From positions 217,312,001 to 217,376,000 of the forward strand of contig NC_058368.1 in NCBI RefSeq assembly GCF_018350175.1: DNA of 64,000 nucleotides. Direction: 5' to 3'. How positions within the stretch are numbered: the first letter of the stretch is position 1; every line of letters begins with the position of its first letter. Below the pieces are notes generated by a model. That model did not search any database, was not told the origin of the DNA, and saw only the letters and a list, made by a program, of their open reading frames with translations. The DNA is from Felis catus (taxonomy: Eukaryota). Both the position numbers and the translations under genes were made by a program. Below, in pieces: positions 1 through 13,918 of the stretch.

Positions 1-22
1 TTTATTTTTTTTTTCTTTTAGG

Positions 23-23
<1 letters not shown>

Positions 24-55
<32 letters not shown>
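24..55. repeat. (TG)n microsatellite
   Basis: Direct run of about 15 TG units. Confidence 0.95.
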
Positions 56-56
<1 letters not shown>

Positions 57-1062
57 CTTTAGGATTGCTTGTATTTCTTCTGGACAAGTAGATTTGTTTT
101 GATCTTAGGGACTCTGTATATTGTTACAAAGAACAGGTTTCTCATTTCTATCTTGCTGTTAGAAAACTAAGGACTGTATTGAAGCTTAGCCTTGACAAGT
201 ATGTAATCCTTTTACGTACATATGTTATGTTACCCTATTCTTCAAACCATTTAATATGCTTCTTTGTTTTACCCTTTCTTTTTTCAATGAATTCAAATAT
301 ATATTATATACCATCAAATATTACCTTAAATTGTTTCTGGAAGAAAAGTATAGCAGAAACAAATTAATAAATAAGTAGAAAAAGTATTGTAACAAATGAC
401 GTTTCCATTTTAGCAGGAAATTTGACTCAACAGGTTTATTTTCTTAATGCAATCAGTTGTGCAAGTAATATTTGTAAAAAGTGTTCAAGATTTGAGTCTT
501 GAAAATCTTTTATTATATTAAGACTAAATCATAACAGAAGAAAATGATTCATAATACTGTAAAGCCCTTGTTTCAAAACACATTTGGTTTTTCCTCTCAT
601 GATCCAATAATTTGAGATACATTATCTGAGACAGACAGGAAATTTAACCAGATTATTTTTTCTTGCCAGATTCCATTAAGAGGTAAGCACTACTCTGAAG
701 AACTTTCTTTCATAAATTCAACATTTGTTTTTGTATCTAAACATATCGTGAATAGTAACCACTGTTTAATATTAATTCTATTTTGAAGTTGCTGGAGCAT
801 AATTCATTATATATGGACCTTGAATATCCTTTGATCTCAGTTAAGAGATAATAATTTTTATATAAGCTATTGTGTCCTGAATTTGTCAGTTCAGTGAATG
901 TGATATTTGAACTTCATAAAAGATGGATAATGATATTCAGCAGGGAATTTTTAATCATCTCTAAAATTAAGAATATTATCTAAGAATTTTGCCAAATTTC
1001 CTTACTAATCTCTTCCCAATGTTAACCACATCCTTGATAGCTGTATTTATATGTCACTTTAA

Positions 1063-1066
<4 letters not shown>

Positions 1067-1106
<40 letters not shown>
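1067..1106. repeat. (TA)n microsatellite
   Basis: Uninterrupted AT run of about 20 units. Confidence 0.95.
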
Positions 1107-1109
<3 letters not shown>

Positions 1110-2214
1110 GAATGTTTATACATGTACTTATGTTGTACATACATATACACATATATAAACTGATAATATATAAATATAACTAGTATGGAGTTATAAAATA
1201 TGTGAAAAAAGACTAGGAACAGTCAGAGCAGCATTTAAATATTAAATAACAAATAGCATTGCCTTACTTTTATAATTCATTTCAATAGTGAGATCTAATG
1301 ACTTTACTACAACTTTATATATGCTTATATGTTTCTATATGTATTATACATAGTACATTTCTGTATATATATATATGCACATATATTTTCATATGCACAT
1401 ACACACTTCTAAATAAATTATTTTAAATGTATGTCAATACTATTAATACACCCTCTTCATCAGTATTACAAAATCTTATACTAGGTGAAATTTGACTTCA
1501 ATTTATTAGTATTCAAATCAATAAGATTTATCTAGTGAGGCATAGCAGAGCATTGTAATCTTTTAGTAGCAGAAAATTAAAGACTAAATCATTGAATATT
1601 TTAGAAAGTCATTAGTGACTTTTTTGCTTTCTTCTATGTATTATACTTATAATACATTTTATGCATGATTTTCAATATGGTTATGCCCCTGTATTTGCTG
1701 TCATGATTTTAAAATTAATGACAAAATAAGGCCTAGTCTGTATAAATTATTCTCCATTTTTTCTTTGCAAAGAACTCATAGAAGGAAAAAAAAAACATTT
1801 TAAAACCAGTATCCTTTCCAAGTAAAAGCTTAACAGTCTTTCACTAATCTATGATTATTTTTTTTAAAGCATGTCTGGTTTTAGAAACCCCTCGTTTCAG
1901 ACAGATTATTAAATGTCAAGCAAAAACAAGAATACTCAACAAAGTGTCTGGTCTTTAAAATAGATTTTAGATACTAATTTGGAAATATTATAGGAGTATT
2001 TTATGAGACTCTTCTCGTTCAGGATAATCATTCAGTGGTAATACATGAGGAGACAACACATAAGAAATGCCTGTATGATAAAAAGCATATTTTCAGGTTA
2101 AAGATAAACAATGGCTCTTCTTTACAAAGTAGGAAAACCTACTTGGAAGTAGAAGAAACAGCGACCCTAGCAGCATTCATTGTGAATCGTTGCCTTTTTT
2201 AAAACTGCAGAGAA

Positions 2215-2447
2215 GGGGCGCCTGGGTGGCGCAGTCGGTTAAGCGTCCGACTTCAGCCAGGTCACGATCTCATGGTCCTGGAGTTAGAGCCCCGCGTCGG
2301 GCTCTGGGCTGATGGCTCAGAGCCTGGAGCCTGTTTCCGATTCTGTGTCTCCCTCTCTCTCTGCCCCTTCCCCGTTCATGCTGTGTCTCTCTCTGTCCCA
2401 AAAATAAACAAATGTTGAAAAAAAAAATTAAAAAAAAAAATAAAAAA
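2215..2447 (+). mobile_element. Young feline Can-SINE (SINEC_Fc-like)
   Basis: GGGGCGCCTGGGTGGCGCAGTCGG head, CT tract, A tail; TSD TAAAACTGCAGAGAA at 2200-2214 and 2448-2462. Confidence 0.95.
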
Positions 2448-3339
2448 TAAAACTGCAGAGAAACCCAGAGTCAACGTGTGCAGCCCTTTGCTGATGGCAA
2501 GAGGCCATTTAACTACTAAATTCTGTTTGGTCACTTTATTTCCAACTGAGTGAGAGCGAGTTTTAAAATTTACTATCAATTTCTTTCTGTGAAAAAAATG
2601 TGGATCTCAACAGCTGATATGGCTCTGTGTGTTCAGGAGAAGGCACACAAACCCTAAAATATCACTTTCAAGCAGAGGGGAGAGAAGTCCAATTTGCCCC
2701 TGATGCCTCAGCATTCAAGGCCTCTGCCCTACGGAAAAGGAGCCAGTGGTGCACAGCTCATCAATTCCTACTGGGTCTAAGTGATACGCCCTTCAGCTTA
2801 TTGAGTTAAAAAATACATACGTGTAATTCAGACTTTTATTAAGAGCAATATTAATAAAGTAATATTCTAGACACAAAAATCTCAAGAGGATAAGGAAGAT
2901 ATTTTGGTGTCATTTATTAACTTACTAACTTATTGATAAATTTATGATAAAACATGGTGCATATTTACATAAATGGAGACAAAGATATATACATAAATAG
3001 ATTTGTAACAATTCTTTTTCTTAGATAGGAAGAACCAAATAAATCCTGAGAAATGAATGATTGAAAAACTGATTTATGGAATATCAATGGAAATCAAGCC
3101 ATTGGTTTTATTCCTAATATCCCTAAATATTTCTTAGAGTAACTTTGTGATGTTGGCTACTTATAAATTTACTCACTCTATACAGTAGTAAGAGAGCTGA
3201 CAAAAATATGTAAGCCATGGTAAACACACTTCTCCTTAACTTTGTGGAAACTGGAACAACAGCATAAACAGAAGCTTATGTGCATATGTGTTAATATTTA
3301 AGAGTTATGAATTATACTGTTCAGTCTCTAAATAGAGCA

Positions 3340-3998
3340 GCATGAAGAGAGCCAGACATCAGACTCTTGGCCAACACATCTATTCCTACTCCTGGTTCTA
3401 TTCCACATCAACAGGGGCTTCGCATATACACAGGTGAACACCATAAACCTGCGTCCAGTCTCTGTTGAACCCTCTGCAAGGAACTGCTCCTTGTCAGCGC
3501 TTTGGGTCTAATGATGCAAACTCTGGTTTGGAACATGTGTTCCGTAAGATGGACTCAGGCTAAAATCTGCACAGACCCTGAAAATGGACATGAGAGATCA
3601 TTTGGGAACCCAGAGTTCTGGGTATTTGGAAAGTGGATTAAAAGGTGTATGTGAGCCATGGATGTTCACATCCCCTTTGCTCTATGGATTCCTTCCCTCT
3701 GAAAAGAAGGAATGATGATCCCAATGGAGCCCTTTAATTCAGTAATTAATTAATTAATCTATTTTGGAGAGAGCAGAGGAGAGGGGCAGAGAGACAGAGA
3801 GAAAGATTTCCAAGCAGACTCTATGCTCCTCATGGAGGCCAATGTGGGGCTCAATCCCACAACCCTGGGATCATGACCTGAGCTGAATTAAAAGTCACAG
3901 GCTCAACCGAATGAGCCACCCAGGCACCCCTCATTGGGGTATTTCAAAGTGCAGGACCCAGGATACATGCTCTATTGCTTTGGTCTAAGGTTGATATC
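3340..3998 (-). mobile_element. Old hAT-Tip100-type DNA transposon fragment (MER115-like), interrupted by a SINE
   Basis: Resembles recalled MER115 reverse complement (TCTGCACAGACCCTG...CAGGACCCAGG...GGTCTAAGG); boundaries approximate. Confidence 0.45.
3745..3930 (-). mobile_element. Older Can-SINE
   Basis: Reverse SINE ending GAGCCACCCAGGCACCCC, with GA tract. Confidence 0.9.
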
Positions 3999-4914
3999 AA
4001 ACATAAGGCAAAGAAAAAATGTATCTGAACGAATTAGTAAAAACAACATAAACAGAAATTAAGGGTAGAAAGCATGATGAAGCCAGAGGTAGTTTTAGTA
4101 AAAAAAACTCAGAAACTTGGAGTTGAAGTTCTAGGAAAGAAAGAAAATGTAAGATATACATTTTTCCATTGTTCAATAGTTCTAATTCTTTTATATAATG
4201 GGGCAACAGAATAATAGGAGTAAGGGACTTCTTTCTTTCTCTTGGTTCCTCATAAATGAGATGCAATGAAATATGGTGAACAATGTCTGTAACAACAATC
4301 TTATAGTGAATACTATGATTATATTCACATTTGTCTAATACCTTTCAGATTTGTTCATATATGGTAAAAAACCAGAATAATGAATTTCAGATTCAAAGAC
4401 TTCCAGTTACATTATTTTCTCTAATTCTCCCTTACAAACTAGCCATCAGTTGCTGAATTCAGAACAATAGAACTCTACTAGAGTTCAATGAACCCCAAAG
4501 CCTCAGGGGAATTGTGATAGTGAAGATCAGATCCGGGCCCAGAATTCTGTCTTTTATATTCCTGCTTTGCCCTAACCTTACCATTTATGTAGGGCATAAA
4601 CACAACAGCTCCTCTGCACATATATAATAAATTTATTTCTAGACATTGTTTGCTATTGGGATCCATACTAAATCCAACTAAAGAAGATTCTTCAGAAAGA
4701 TTGGTTATGTGAAAATAAATATTATTTGAAGGTCTTAAGTATACCAAAAACTTGTTTTTCCCCCATTAGGACTGAAAGAAATATTTTAAAAATGTATTTA
4801 ATGCATTTTTTGTTTTCCTGGACTATTATAAAATCAGTTGAAACAATAATAGATATGCTGCCGAAATAGTGAACACAAAGTGCTCCTAATATAGAATAAG
4901 TATTATATTCAGAT

Positions 4915-5060
4915 GCAGAACAGACCCTGAATTAAATCCTGGTTCACTGTTAGTAATTGTCCAATGTTGGAGAAGTTGCTGCCCCATTCTTAGACACTAA
5001 AATCTGTAACAAAGGAATTTAAAATAATATCTACTTTACACGGTTATATTACTTAGTTTA
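4915..5060 (+). mobile_element. MIR fragment
   Basis: CAGACCCTGAATTAAATCCTGG...ATCTGTAACAAAGG...AATAATATCTAC similar to MIR core. Confidence 0.5.
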
Positions 5061-5364
5061 GTTCCAGGCAAGCATTAAGCACTACATGAATGATTTCATA
5101 TTATAGTATTGTCTAATGACAAGGCAGTAGTGAGCAATGATAAAAGCAACAGTATTAACTATTAATAAACTAAACCTTATGAAATATGGAAGTGAATTCA
5201 AGGTCATAAAGAACAACAAAAACCTGCTGTGATATAGCTCTAAGACTACACTGGCGTTACTCTAGTATAGGCAATTTAGATGGGAACGTTTAGTGTCATG
5301 AGTCTGTCCCAACAATTTATTGTCCTGTTTTGGTATAAACACTGATTTTGCCCCATGTCTGCCA

Positions 5365-5780
5365 TAGCACATAGTTGAATAGCAGACCCTCCAAAAATAT
5401 CCAAGTCTTAACCCTTGTACCTGTATATGTGACCTTATTTGGAAATAAGGCATTTGCAGATGTAATTAAGGATTTCTAGGACCTAAGTGTAATGATAGTT
5501 TCTTTATAAAAGACAGAAAAGACACAAGGACACACAAGAGGAAAGTCATGTTAAGACAGAGCCAGAGATGGGAGTGATGTGTCTATTTTAAGCCGTGAGA
5601 TTTTGGCAGGCACCGAAACCTAAGAGCAAGGCACAGAACAGATTATCCCTCAACCTCTGGAAACAACCAACTTGACTTTAGAATTTTGGTCCCAAGAACT
5701 GTGAGAAAATAAATTTCTGTTGTTTTTTAAGCCTTCAAGTTGGTCATAATTTGTTACGGTAGCCCTAAGAAACTAAAACA
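5365..5780 (+). mobile_element. MaLR solo LTR (MLT1B/C/D-like)
   Basis: GTGACCTTATTTGGAAATAAGG..TTTGCAGATGTAATTAAG; AATAAATTTCTGTTGTTTTTTAAGCC; end GCCCTAAGAAACTAAAACA. Confidence 0.85.
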
Positions 5781-5881
5781 ACTCTCCTCTATATTTGCTA
5801 TTTTTATGTCTCTTTTAAACTCAAATCTTCAATCCTGCATATATAATTAATGTAAGTTATTTACCTTTATTAATGGCTCTT

Positions 5882-6076
5882 GGGGTGCCTGGGTGGCTCA
5901 GTCGGTTAAGCGTCCGACTTCAGCTCAGGTCATGATCTCCCGGGTCACAAGTTCGAGCCCCATGGAGCTTGGAGCCTGCTTTGTATTCTGTGTCTCCCTC
6001 TCTCTCTCTGTGCCTCCCCTGTTCACACTTTGTCTTTCTCTCTCTTTCAAAAATAAACATACAAAAGATTTTTTAA
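5882..6076 (+). mobile_element. Can-SINE with internal deletion
   Basis: SINE head, CT tract and A tail; lacks the GGCTCTGTGCTGACAGCTC segment. Confidence 0.9.
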
Positions 6077-6721
6077 AATAACTCTTTATACAATTGTATT
6101 TCTAAGAATGAAGTCAGTGGCTTTGATCAAATTATAGTAACCAAGATGGCTAAAAACTCTTCACGATACAAAATGATGACCTTCTTTTCTGAATTGTCTC
6201 TTAAAATACATTACCATCTGTTATGATTCCTATCAAGAAATAATATAATCTATCACGACCTTCTCATGGAATGAGTTAGCTGTTGTGGACCTGTATTTGT
6301 TGGAAGCATAAAAGAAATAGGTATTTGTTCTTAATCAGTGTCAGAATATTCCGAGGAGAGATGCTGACGCCATCTTCTTATTTCCCTACAGTCTATCTCT
6401 TTGACTCTAATTAGGTGAAAACACACACAATTAGCCACTTTACTTGGTTTCATGGGGCAAGAGAAATTACAAAGGAAATTCAAATTCTGCTAATTTTCCT
6501 CAAGTTATTCCTCAGGTGAAGCTCTAAGAGGCTGGTGATTACAATTATTTTAAAAATGAAAACCCAGCCATGAACTATTTTTAAGAAGGCTTTTGTTTCA
6601 TTCTCATCTTTAACTACGACCCTGTTAGAATAAAGAATATAATATGGATTTCCCCAAGGAGAATGTAATGGATTAGCTTTTGGGTAATTATAGTATTATA
6701 CTGTTTTTTTGTTGGTCTTTT

Positions 6722-6759
6722 TGTGTTGTTTTTGTTGTTGTTGTTGTTGTTGTTGTTGT
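6722..6759. repeat. (TTG)n microsatellite
   Basis: Direct observation. Confidence 0.9.
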
Positions 6760-6829
6760 AGGCAGAGGATGTAGATCTGAGAACTTCACCTCAGTATCGT
6801 TTCCCTTAAAAATAAATTACATGATTCAG

Positions 6830-7043
6830 GGACTCCTAGGTGGCTCAGTCAGTTAGGTGTCCGACTTCAGCTCAGGTCATGATCTCACAGTTAGTGAGTT
6901 CAAGCCCCACGTCAGACTTTGTGCTGACAGCTTGAATCCTGGATGCTGCTTCCTATTCTGTGTCTCCCTCTCTCTCTGCCCTTCCCCTGGTTGTGTTCTG
7001 TCTCTCTCTCTCTCAAAAAAATAAATAAATAAACATTTAAAAG
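6830..7043 (+). mobile_element. Can-SINE
   Basis: TSD AAAAATAAATTACATGATTCAG at 6808-6829 and 7044-7065. Confidence 0.95.
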
Positions 7044-8733
7044 AAAAATAAATTACATGATTCAGTGTTAAACACGAGAAATATCCACTTAATTATGAAA
7101 ATTTTCATAAGGATATATGTGTATTCTAAGGGATTTTTCCTTTTTTGCCACATTTTCTTAAAGCATTTTTTCCCTAACGTGTCCTATTTCCCCACTGAAG
7201 GACGCACAAAGGTGTGGAGTTTTAATGATAGCTTCATGCAATTATTTGTACATACGAGGATGGTTCACCCAAAATATGTATTATTGGAATTACCTGCTTT
7301 CTATAATCCAGTATCATTCTTTTCCTTATAATGAGTCAAGTAAATTGATAATATGTATATCCAGAAATATCATACACACATTAGGACATCTATCAACACA
7401 CTATTAGAAAATAAAGCTTAGAGCATAGCAATTTATCAGCATAGCAGCTCTGCTCTACTTCCCACTTTTCATTTTGTTCTTACATCCTCTTCTGGGCATG
7501 TGTCATGGGGAAGATATTTTGGAATTTCACGTAAGTAGATCATGAAATGAGATTCTATCAATAGTCCTAGTGTATTTTATCTTCCATGATAAAAGCAATT
7601 CTCTTCTTATATGGAGAGCGATGCTTAGATATGACTAGTATTGAGAATTGAAGCCACCTTTAGCATAGACAAAACGGCATGAATAGAATCAAATATCTTT
7701 GGTTAATTTGCCCTTTCTGAAAGCTGGAAGAAATCTGACCCAAATTCAGTAGAGACAAGTTTCCAAGACCTCAGTTCAAAAAGAAGTCTTCAACGTATTG
7801 CAGTCCTATTCACACTTTGAAAAGGCTGCAGGGATAACAGCAAACCACAGGCAGTATGCTTGCACACAGCTGGTAGGACAGGTCTGAAAGGACACACGCT
7901 GTCCCCATCTCGCCCACTAGATTTCAGCCGCCAGGTTGGTGTAAGTTCTCTGGTCATTCAGCGTTGATTTCACTCTGAGTTCTATCACAGAGAAACCAAT
8001 CAGGAGTGATTGTTAAATTGTCTCACTTCTAAAACAAGACACCGAGCCTGAAATAAGTCTAATGTCCTCTAAATCTTTCACCTGGAAAGTGTAGAAACGG
8101 TCGTAAGAAATAGCAAATCTTTTTGGTCAACTGGAACAAACAGCCACATTTAAAATATCTAAAACCTTTGAGACTAGTTCATTAAGAAAAAAAAAAAAGA
8201 TTAGCTTAAAATATTTTTCGTTAGAATGATCTCCATCTAACCATCATGTGTCTTCTTGCTCATACTATGTAGTTAAGTCATGTGATAATAAATCTTGTAT
8301 ATATGTAAATTATTGATCTCATATTCTTAGACAACAATCAATGTTATCTTAATCAGGTTAGCTAAATCATGCCAAGGTAATTCCAGATTGTGTCTGACAA
8401 AAGTTTATTTACTACATTTATGTATTTTTACAAATGATCATTATTTTGACTTTTTAACAAGTCTAGAAAAGTATGGATAATTTTGTCAATATTTATGTCA
8501 GGTTCAGATTACACCTGGACCCCATAAAAATAAATGTGAAAGTGATTTATTTCTCACATGAAACTGGAAGTTATTTGAGAACTTGTGGCTACTCTAAGAA
8601 ATAATTTGTGTTGTGTCTCTTAGCCAGGCTTTGTCATGATTATGGGAGAAGATGCCAAGATTCCCTTCCCATTGATGCCTTGCTAACTAATATCTTTTAC
8701 AGACAGAATCATCGCGGAAACCCAGGATATCTA

Positions 8734-9120
8734 AGCTATGGACTGAATGTCTGTACACACAACTACTCTCCCCCTTCAAATTTATATGTTAGATCCTATT
8801 GCCAAATGTGATGATATTTGGATGGTTGGTCTTTGTGATTAGGTCATGAAGATGGAGACCTCATGAATGAGATCAGTGCCCTCATAAAAGAGACCCCAGA
8901 GAGCTTCCTTGCCCCTTCTACCATGTGAAGATACAGTGAAAAGTTGGCCATCTATGAACCAAGACACAAGCCCTCACTGAGAGCTTGACCTCATATAGCA
9001 AATCTAGCTGCACCTTGACTTTGGACTTCCCAGATCCAGAACTGTGGTAAATAAATTTCTGTTGTTCATAAGTCACCCAGTTTATGATATTCCCTTAAGG
9101 CAGCCCAAACAGATTAAGAT
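8734..9120 (+). mobile_element. MaLR solo LTR (MLT1A-like)
   Basis: GCTATGGACTGAATGT start, CCTCATGAATGAGATCAGTGCCCTCATAAAAGAGACCCCAGAGAG, end GCAGCCCAAACAGATTAAGAT. Confidence 0.88.
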
Positions 9121-10414
9121 CATATCATATTCCTTTCATTATGATTCAACACCTTTATACTCCATTGCCATATATGCTCTCCAGATTTGGGGCAAGGCAA
9201 ATTGGCAAAAATCTTGTAATTTCTTTTCCTGTGTGTAACAATACTCCACCAGTTACACTTTATACTTTATCTTATGTGTCCAGCTGAGACTTGAATCTGA
9301 TGATAGATCTAGATAGAGACAATGAGAGATGGTAGGAGTAGGTCCTCAGAAGCACCAGCATTTCTTTGCAAGGCAGCTGTCTCAGGGCAACTATTGTAAA
9401 TTCTTCAGGAAAGGGAAGATCAGCGTCGTGAGAAAGAGGGAAGGCCGTTCTATTGACAAAGAAAGCTTTGGGGACTATAGGAGTTCAAGGTTTAGGGTTC
9501 ATTAGAATCTTCCCATTCAGTCTCATATATATGTATAGCAGAACAGGAAGAGGTCAGAGGAAAGAGAAGAAATGTTGGGAAACACATTGACATAGCTAGG
9601 AAAGTATGGTAAGACTGACAATGAAGAGACTCAGGGAGGAGAGAGTGAGTAACAATGTTGCACAGCTTCATAAAGGCTAGTAGGTCAAGAACTCCCTGCC
9701 CAGGGTCCTCTGTTCTCCACTTTAAAGCTCACCAGTACTCCCACCTTCCTCATCAACCCAGTCATTCTCCTCTGCTTTCCAATTCTCTGTGACCTTCCTA
9801 AATCATGGTGTACATAATGAAATTTAGCTTTATGTCATTGGATGTGATACAAATTAAACAAAGAGAAAAAGATTATTAGCAATGAGATCAAGAGCAAGAC
9901 ACAAACTTGCTGAGATACAGTTCACTCATCTTTAAAAGGGTGTTAATAATTTCTAACAGTATTTTGAAGATTACTTCAGAAAATATACATAAAATTCTAT
10001 CTTTTACAAATACGAACATTAAAATATAAACTATTGCCATTATTATGCTAAAAGGAATAGAAATTATATTTGTGTAACTACAGCACAGTGATTACCCATC
10101 TTTAACATAGTGGTTACTGAAACCACTCCTGCTTTCTTAGCCTTTGCTAACTCACAGCTTAATGTCTTCCGTACTTACAAAATTGTTTCTTTAAAGAATT
10201 TCAGACCCTAAAATAGATTCTACATACCTGGTAATAAGACTTGGTATCACTGCGATCATGTTATACAGATTACTTGTGAGCAGATATCATCATGTTATCA
10301 GTACTCACTCAATACTTCCAATGAAGTATTGGAAGTGGATCAAATTTAAGACAAAAACCAATGACAAACATTTAGAAACCATTCCCCCATATTAACATCA
10401 AGCTCATCACTACT

Positions 10415-10900
10415 TGTGTTGCAGGATTCGTTACTTCAATACTCAGAGTTCCTTGTCTCACTGTTTCAAAGAGTGAAGAGGTAGACACAAAATAAAATAA
10501 GCAGCAGGAAAACATTTATTAGAGTATACGATTAGAAAGTATAGTATGATGACTCTCCTTGCAGACAGGAGGCATTTGAAAGTGAATACCCCCACCTATG
10601 GGCAAGGGACATTATTTTATAGGATTTTCATCATTTCCCCCCACTTTTTTTTCCTTTATTGGCCTGATAACTGTAGGTGCTGAGTTGCTCATTTCTGTGG
10701 GAAATATGATGCGGGGAATAGGTAGTTTTTGTTATATTCTTAATAAAATCTTTACATCTGAAGGAGCTTTTCTCATGGTCAAGGTCAGATGTACCCAGCA
10801 TTGTTTTAAAATATGTGCTTTTTTTTTTTTTTTCTACATTCAGGGACCTCAAGTCCTAGCCTTTCTTTCTCTACCTATTTAACCCTATCTTTCCCTGTCA
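10415..10900 (-). mobile_element. ERV1-like solo LTR
   Basis: TG...CA termini; reverse polyA signal (TTTATT at about 10515) and reverse TATA (TTTTATAG at about 10615) in LTR order. Confidence 0.55.
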
Positions 10901-12314
10901 AGCTTGGAGTGTAAAATCCCATCAGCTATAATTATAGTTGACTTTTCCACCATTTAAATTTCTTCATCATTTGCTCAAAGAACTAAGAGAATTTACAAAA
11001 TACACTTAGGAACACACATTATATGCAAATAATTTTGACCTACTCACTTGGTAATTTTTTTTTTTTTTCTCATAAGGGAAAGAAGAAAGGGTATAGTGTT
11101 TATTTGTAACATACATTTCATGGTAGAATTAAGAACTATTTTATTATTTGCATAAAGTGCATTGTTTAGATAATTGATTTCTTGTTGAAAAGAAACATAA
11201 GAAGAAGACAAGAAATTATCCCAAGTACTAAGGTTATTTGTAAAAGATGTAAGAAGATGGCAAAAGAACAGATGAAAGTCGGTGCAGTCAGTGGATATAT
11301 TTTACAGGAAATAAAAAGGAGCAACCCTTACTTTTACAATAAATAACCCTTATTTTTAAAATAAACCCTCTGTTTATTTTCAAGTTATACAAAGTAGCAA
11401 GCTGAAAATATTTTAAAGAATGACAAATAACTATGTTTTTGCATGTGTATGTTTATGTTTGGGCATGTGCAGGTATATTCGAAATGAGTTCCTTTTCATA
11501 ATAAAGAATTGTGGGATTTTTAAAAAAATAATAAAAGGTTTCTTTCTGCTGCTTGTAACTTCCTTCCATTTAAACCTTATTTTGTTTCAAATTTGCCCAT
11601 ACATCAGTGCTAGGTTTATCCCTTGTCTGTCTTAATTTATCATAATTGATTGATACTGAAGACTTTAGGAGGAAATTATTTAACCGTGATTGACTGGGAA
11701 CATTTAACTTTATTGAAAAGAAACAGCAGGAGGAAAATGGAAGAAACAGTAAATGTGCTCATTTGTAAGAAAAAGACTTCAGCACAGTTTGGCTCCTTGT
11801 GCTGAATAAAGGCTTATTGAGATTAAGTTGACATAATTAATTAAATAGAAATTTTACATCCTTTCTTGTAAAATGGAATTAGAAATGAAGATCTTCTTTG
11901 AAATTTAATAAGACATGAATGTGTTCGGAGACTCTATAATGAAATACACACAAATGGAATAAAAATCAGCAAGATAATCATATTTTAAAGTCATTTCAGA
12001 AATATTTACTTCTGAGACATATTACCTTTGAAAGACTTAATCAATAGAGTAGACGTTACATATTATGTATTTCATATATATATAAGTACCATCAGAGAAG
12101 ATCTCATAACCATTCACAGATACAAACCTTTAGGTTCAAAGACACAAAATCATAACATTAGCAAATGGTTGTTCTGCCAATTCACCTAGGTCTTCTCACT
12201 TTAGATCTTGTTCACCTGTTACTGGTATTTTTCTTCAGCATTTCTTTTCCATTATGCAACTTTAGTTCTCCTCAGAATATAAGATGAAGTGCTGATGTTT
12301 CTGATAACAGCATT

Positions 12315-12842
12315 TATCTACCCTTCTAGACTTTTGGCTGAAACCCACTGCCCCTTGCAATAAAAGACAGATTAATAGGAGAACAACAACAGAATTTTAA
12401 TAACGTGTATTTCTGGTGAACATTGAAGATACACAGGAAAACTGAGTAACTCCCTGAAGTGGCCCAAGTCGCCATCTTAAAACCGTCTCTAGCTAAAGAC
12501 AAAAGAAGATGTTATGGGAAGGAAGGAGGGGAGTGAGTTATGGGAGATACCCTGAAAAAGCACAAAAGTAAAGTAAAAAAGGGTAAAGCTGCTATGCGGA
12601 TTTAAATCCAGATTTAAATGGTTGCCTTCTCCACTGTTGAGAGTTTCTAGAGATTCTAGTTAGAGAGACACTCATACAAATGGAGTTTTCTCATAGAAAT
12701 GTAAATGTCTCCTACTAAAGGAAAACTTGTAGTTGGTTTTTCAAGGTTCTCCTTGTCTGATATTTCTTTAAAATAACCAGTTCTAGATAATCCTTATGCA
12801 AAAAAAGACATATTTTGGCGTGGCAAATTCTGCTTCCCTTCA
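12315..12842 (-). mobile_element. MER34/CarLTR-like ERV1 solo LTR
   Basis: TCTACCCTTCTAG...AATAAAAGACAG...GGAAAACTGAGTAACTCCC...GTGGCAAATTCTGCTTCCCTTCA; visibly homologous to 23408-23743. Confidence 0.75.
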
Positions 12843-13134
12843 AAGTAATAAGCCAACAGCTAAATCCTTGATAAAAAAAATACTTAAATAAAAATTGAAA
12901 TAAAGCTACCTTTCCACAGTCTAGTTGGTAGATAAACAAAATTTGGTGGGGGGGGAAGGCAGACTGAATGTATTCATATTTTATGTCTGTTTGAATAGCC
13001 AATTTAAATTAATTTGGAGATATTCCCATTTCAAATCCGTTAAGATATCAGCTTACAATAACTTCTTTCAAAATTTACTTAAAATATCAGGTATTGAAGG
13101 GAAGGTAATATTACCTAAATGTGGCTATTAATAG

Positions 13135-13918
13135 TATTAAAAAAGAAACAGGCCCAAAATGGAGTCAACTCCCACTGAAACTTAATACTTAACCTAACTG
13201 GAGTTTCAGCCTCTCCCAGGAGTGGAATTTGAAAGCAACCATATGGAATTTCCTGATCAGCACATCCATGCAAACTAAGCCAAGGTTTAGAATCTCTAAA
13301 AGTAAGAAAGAGAGTTTTTTTTCAAGCCCAAGTTAGGACACCTGCCTGGGAAACATGCTCTTCGCAGGAAAGAAAAAGTGTTTCAAAGAATGAACAGTTT
13401 TACAGGGTTATATACTTTTTTACATCCCGTAAAAGCTCAAAAGAGTATAGATTAGCATATAGGTAGGAATCATGAGTTTTATAGTAAAGGAAGGCAGGGA
13501 GTAGGAGCCCTGATGGATATCTCAAGGACAAGAGGGTTTTCCTTTAGGCTACTCATTCACAATGCATGCGTGGCAATCCATAAGTTGGGCTTTTGGTTTG
13601 AACAAGGTTATATACAGTCATGTTGAGTTAGAAAGAAATCTAAAATGGATTCCCTGCTATATCAGTCCTGTGGAGAGTTTTTCTCTCATTAAGCATTAGT
13701 GATGGAATCTACAGGATGAGATCCCTGGCTCTTCCCTCTAAGAGAAAAGGTGACCTTGCCTGAATCAATCCTTCCTTTTCTTTTGCTAATAACTTCCTGT
13801 CCTGGCATTTTGTACAGCTCCTCCAAGCATTCTTCTATTTGTCTGTTGGGATGATGGAATCCTTGAATAAAGCCAACGACATCTTAAAATTTACTCAGTT
13901 GAATTTTGTTTTTTAGCA
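13135..13918 (+). mobile_element. ERV1-like solo LTR, apparently interrupted by a second, opposite-strand LTR (about 13264-13690)
   Basis: GGCCCAAAATGGAGTC 5' motif and AATAAAGCCAA...GAATTTTGTTTTTTAGCA 3' end; internal block has reverse-LTR features. Confidence 0.55.

Noticed and set aside
9280..9720. Purine-rich segment, possibly an ancient LTR
   Set aside because: Could not assign termini or family by eye.
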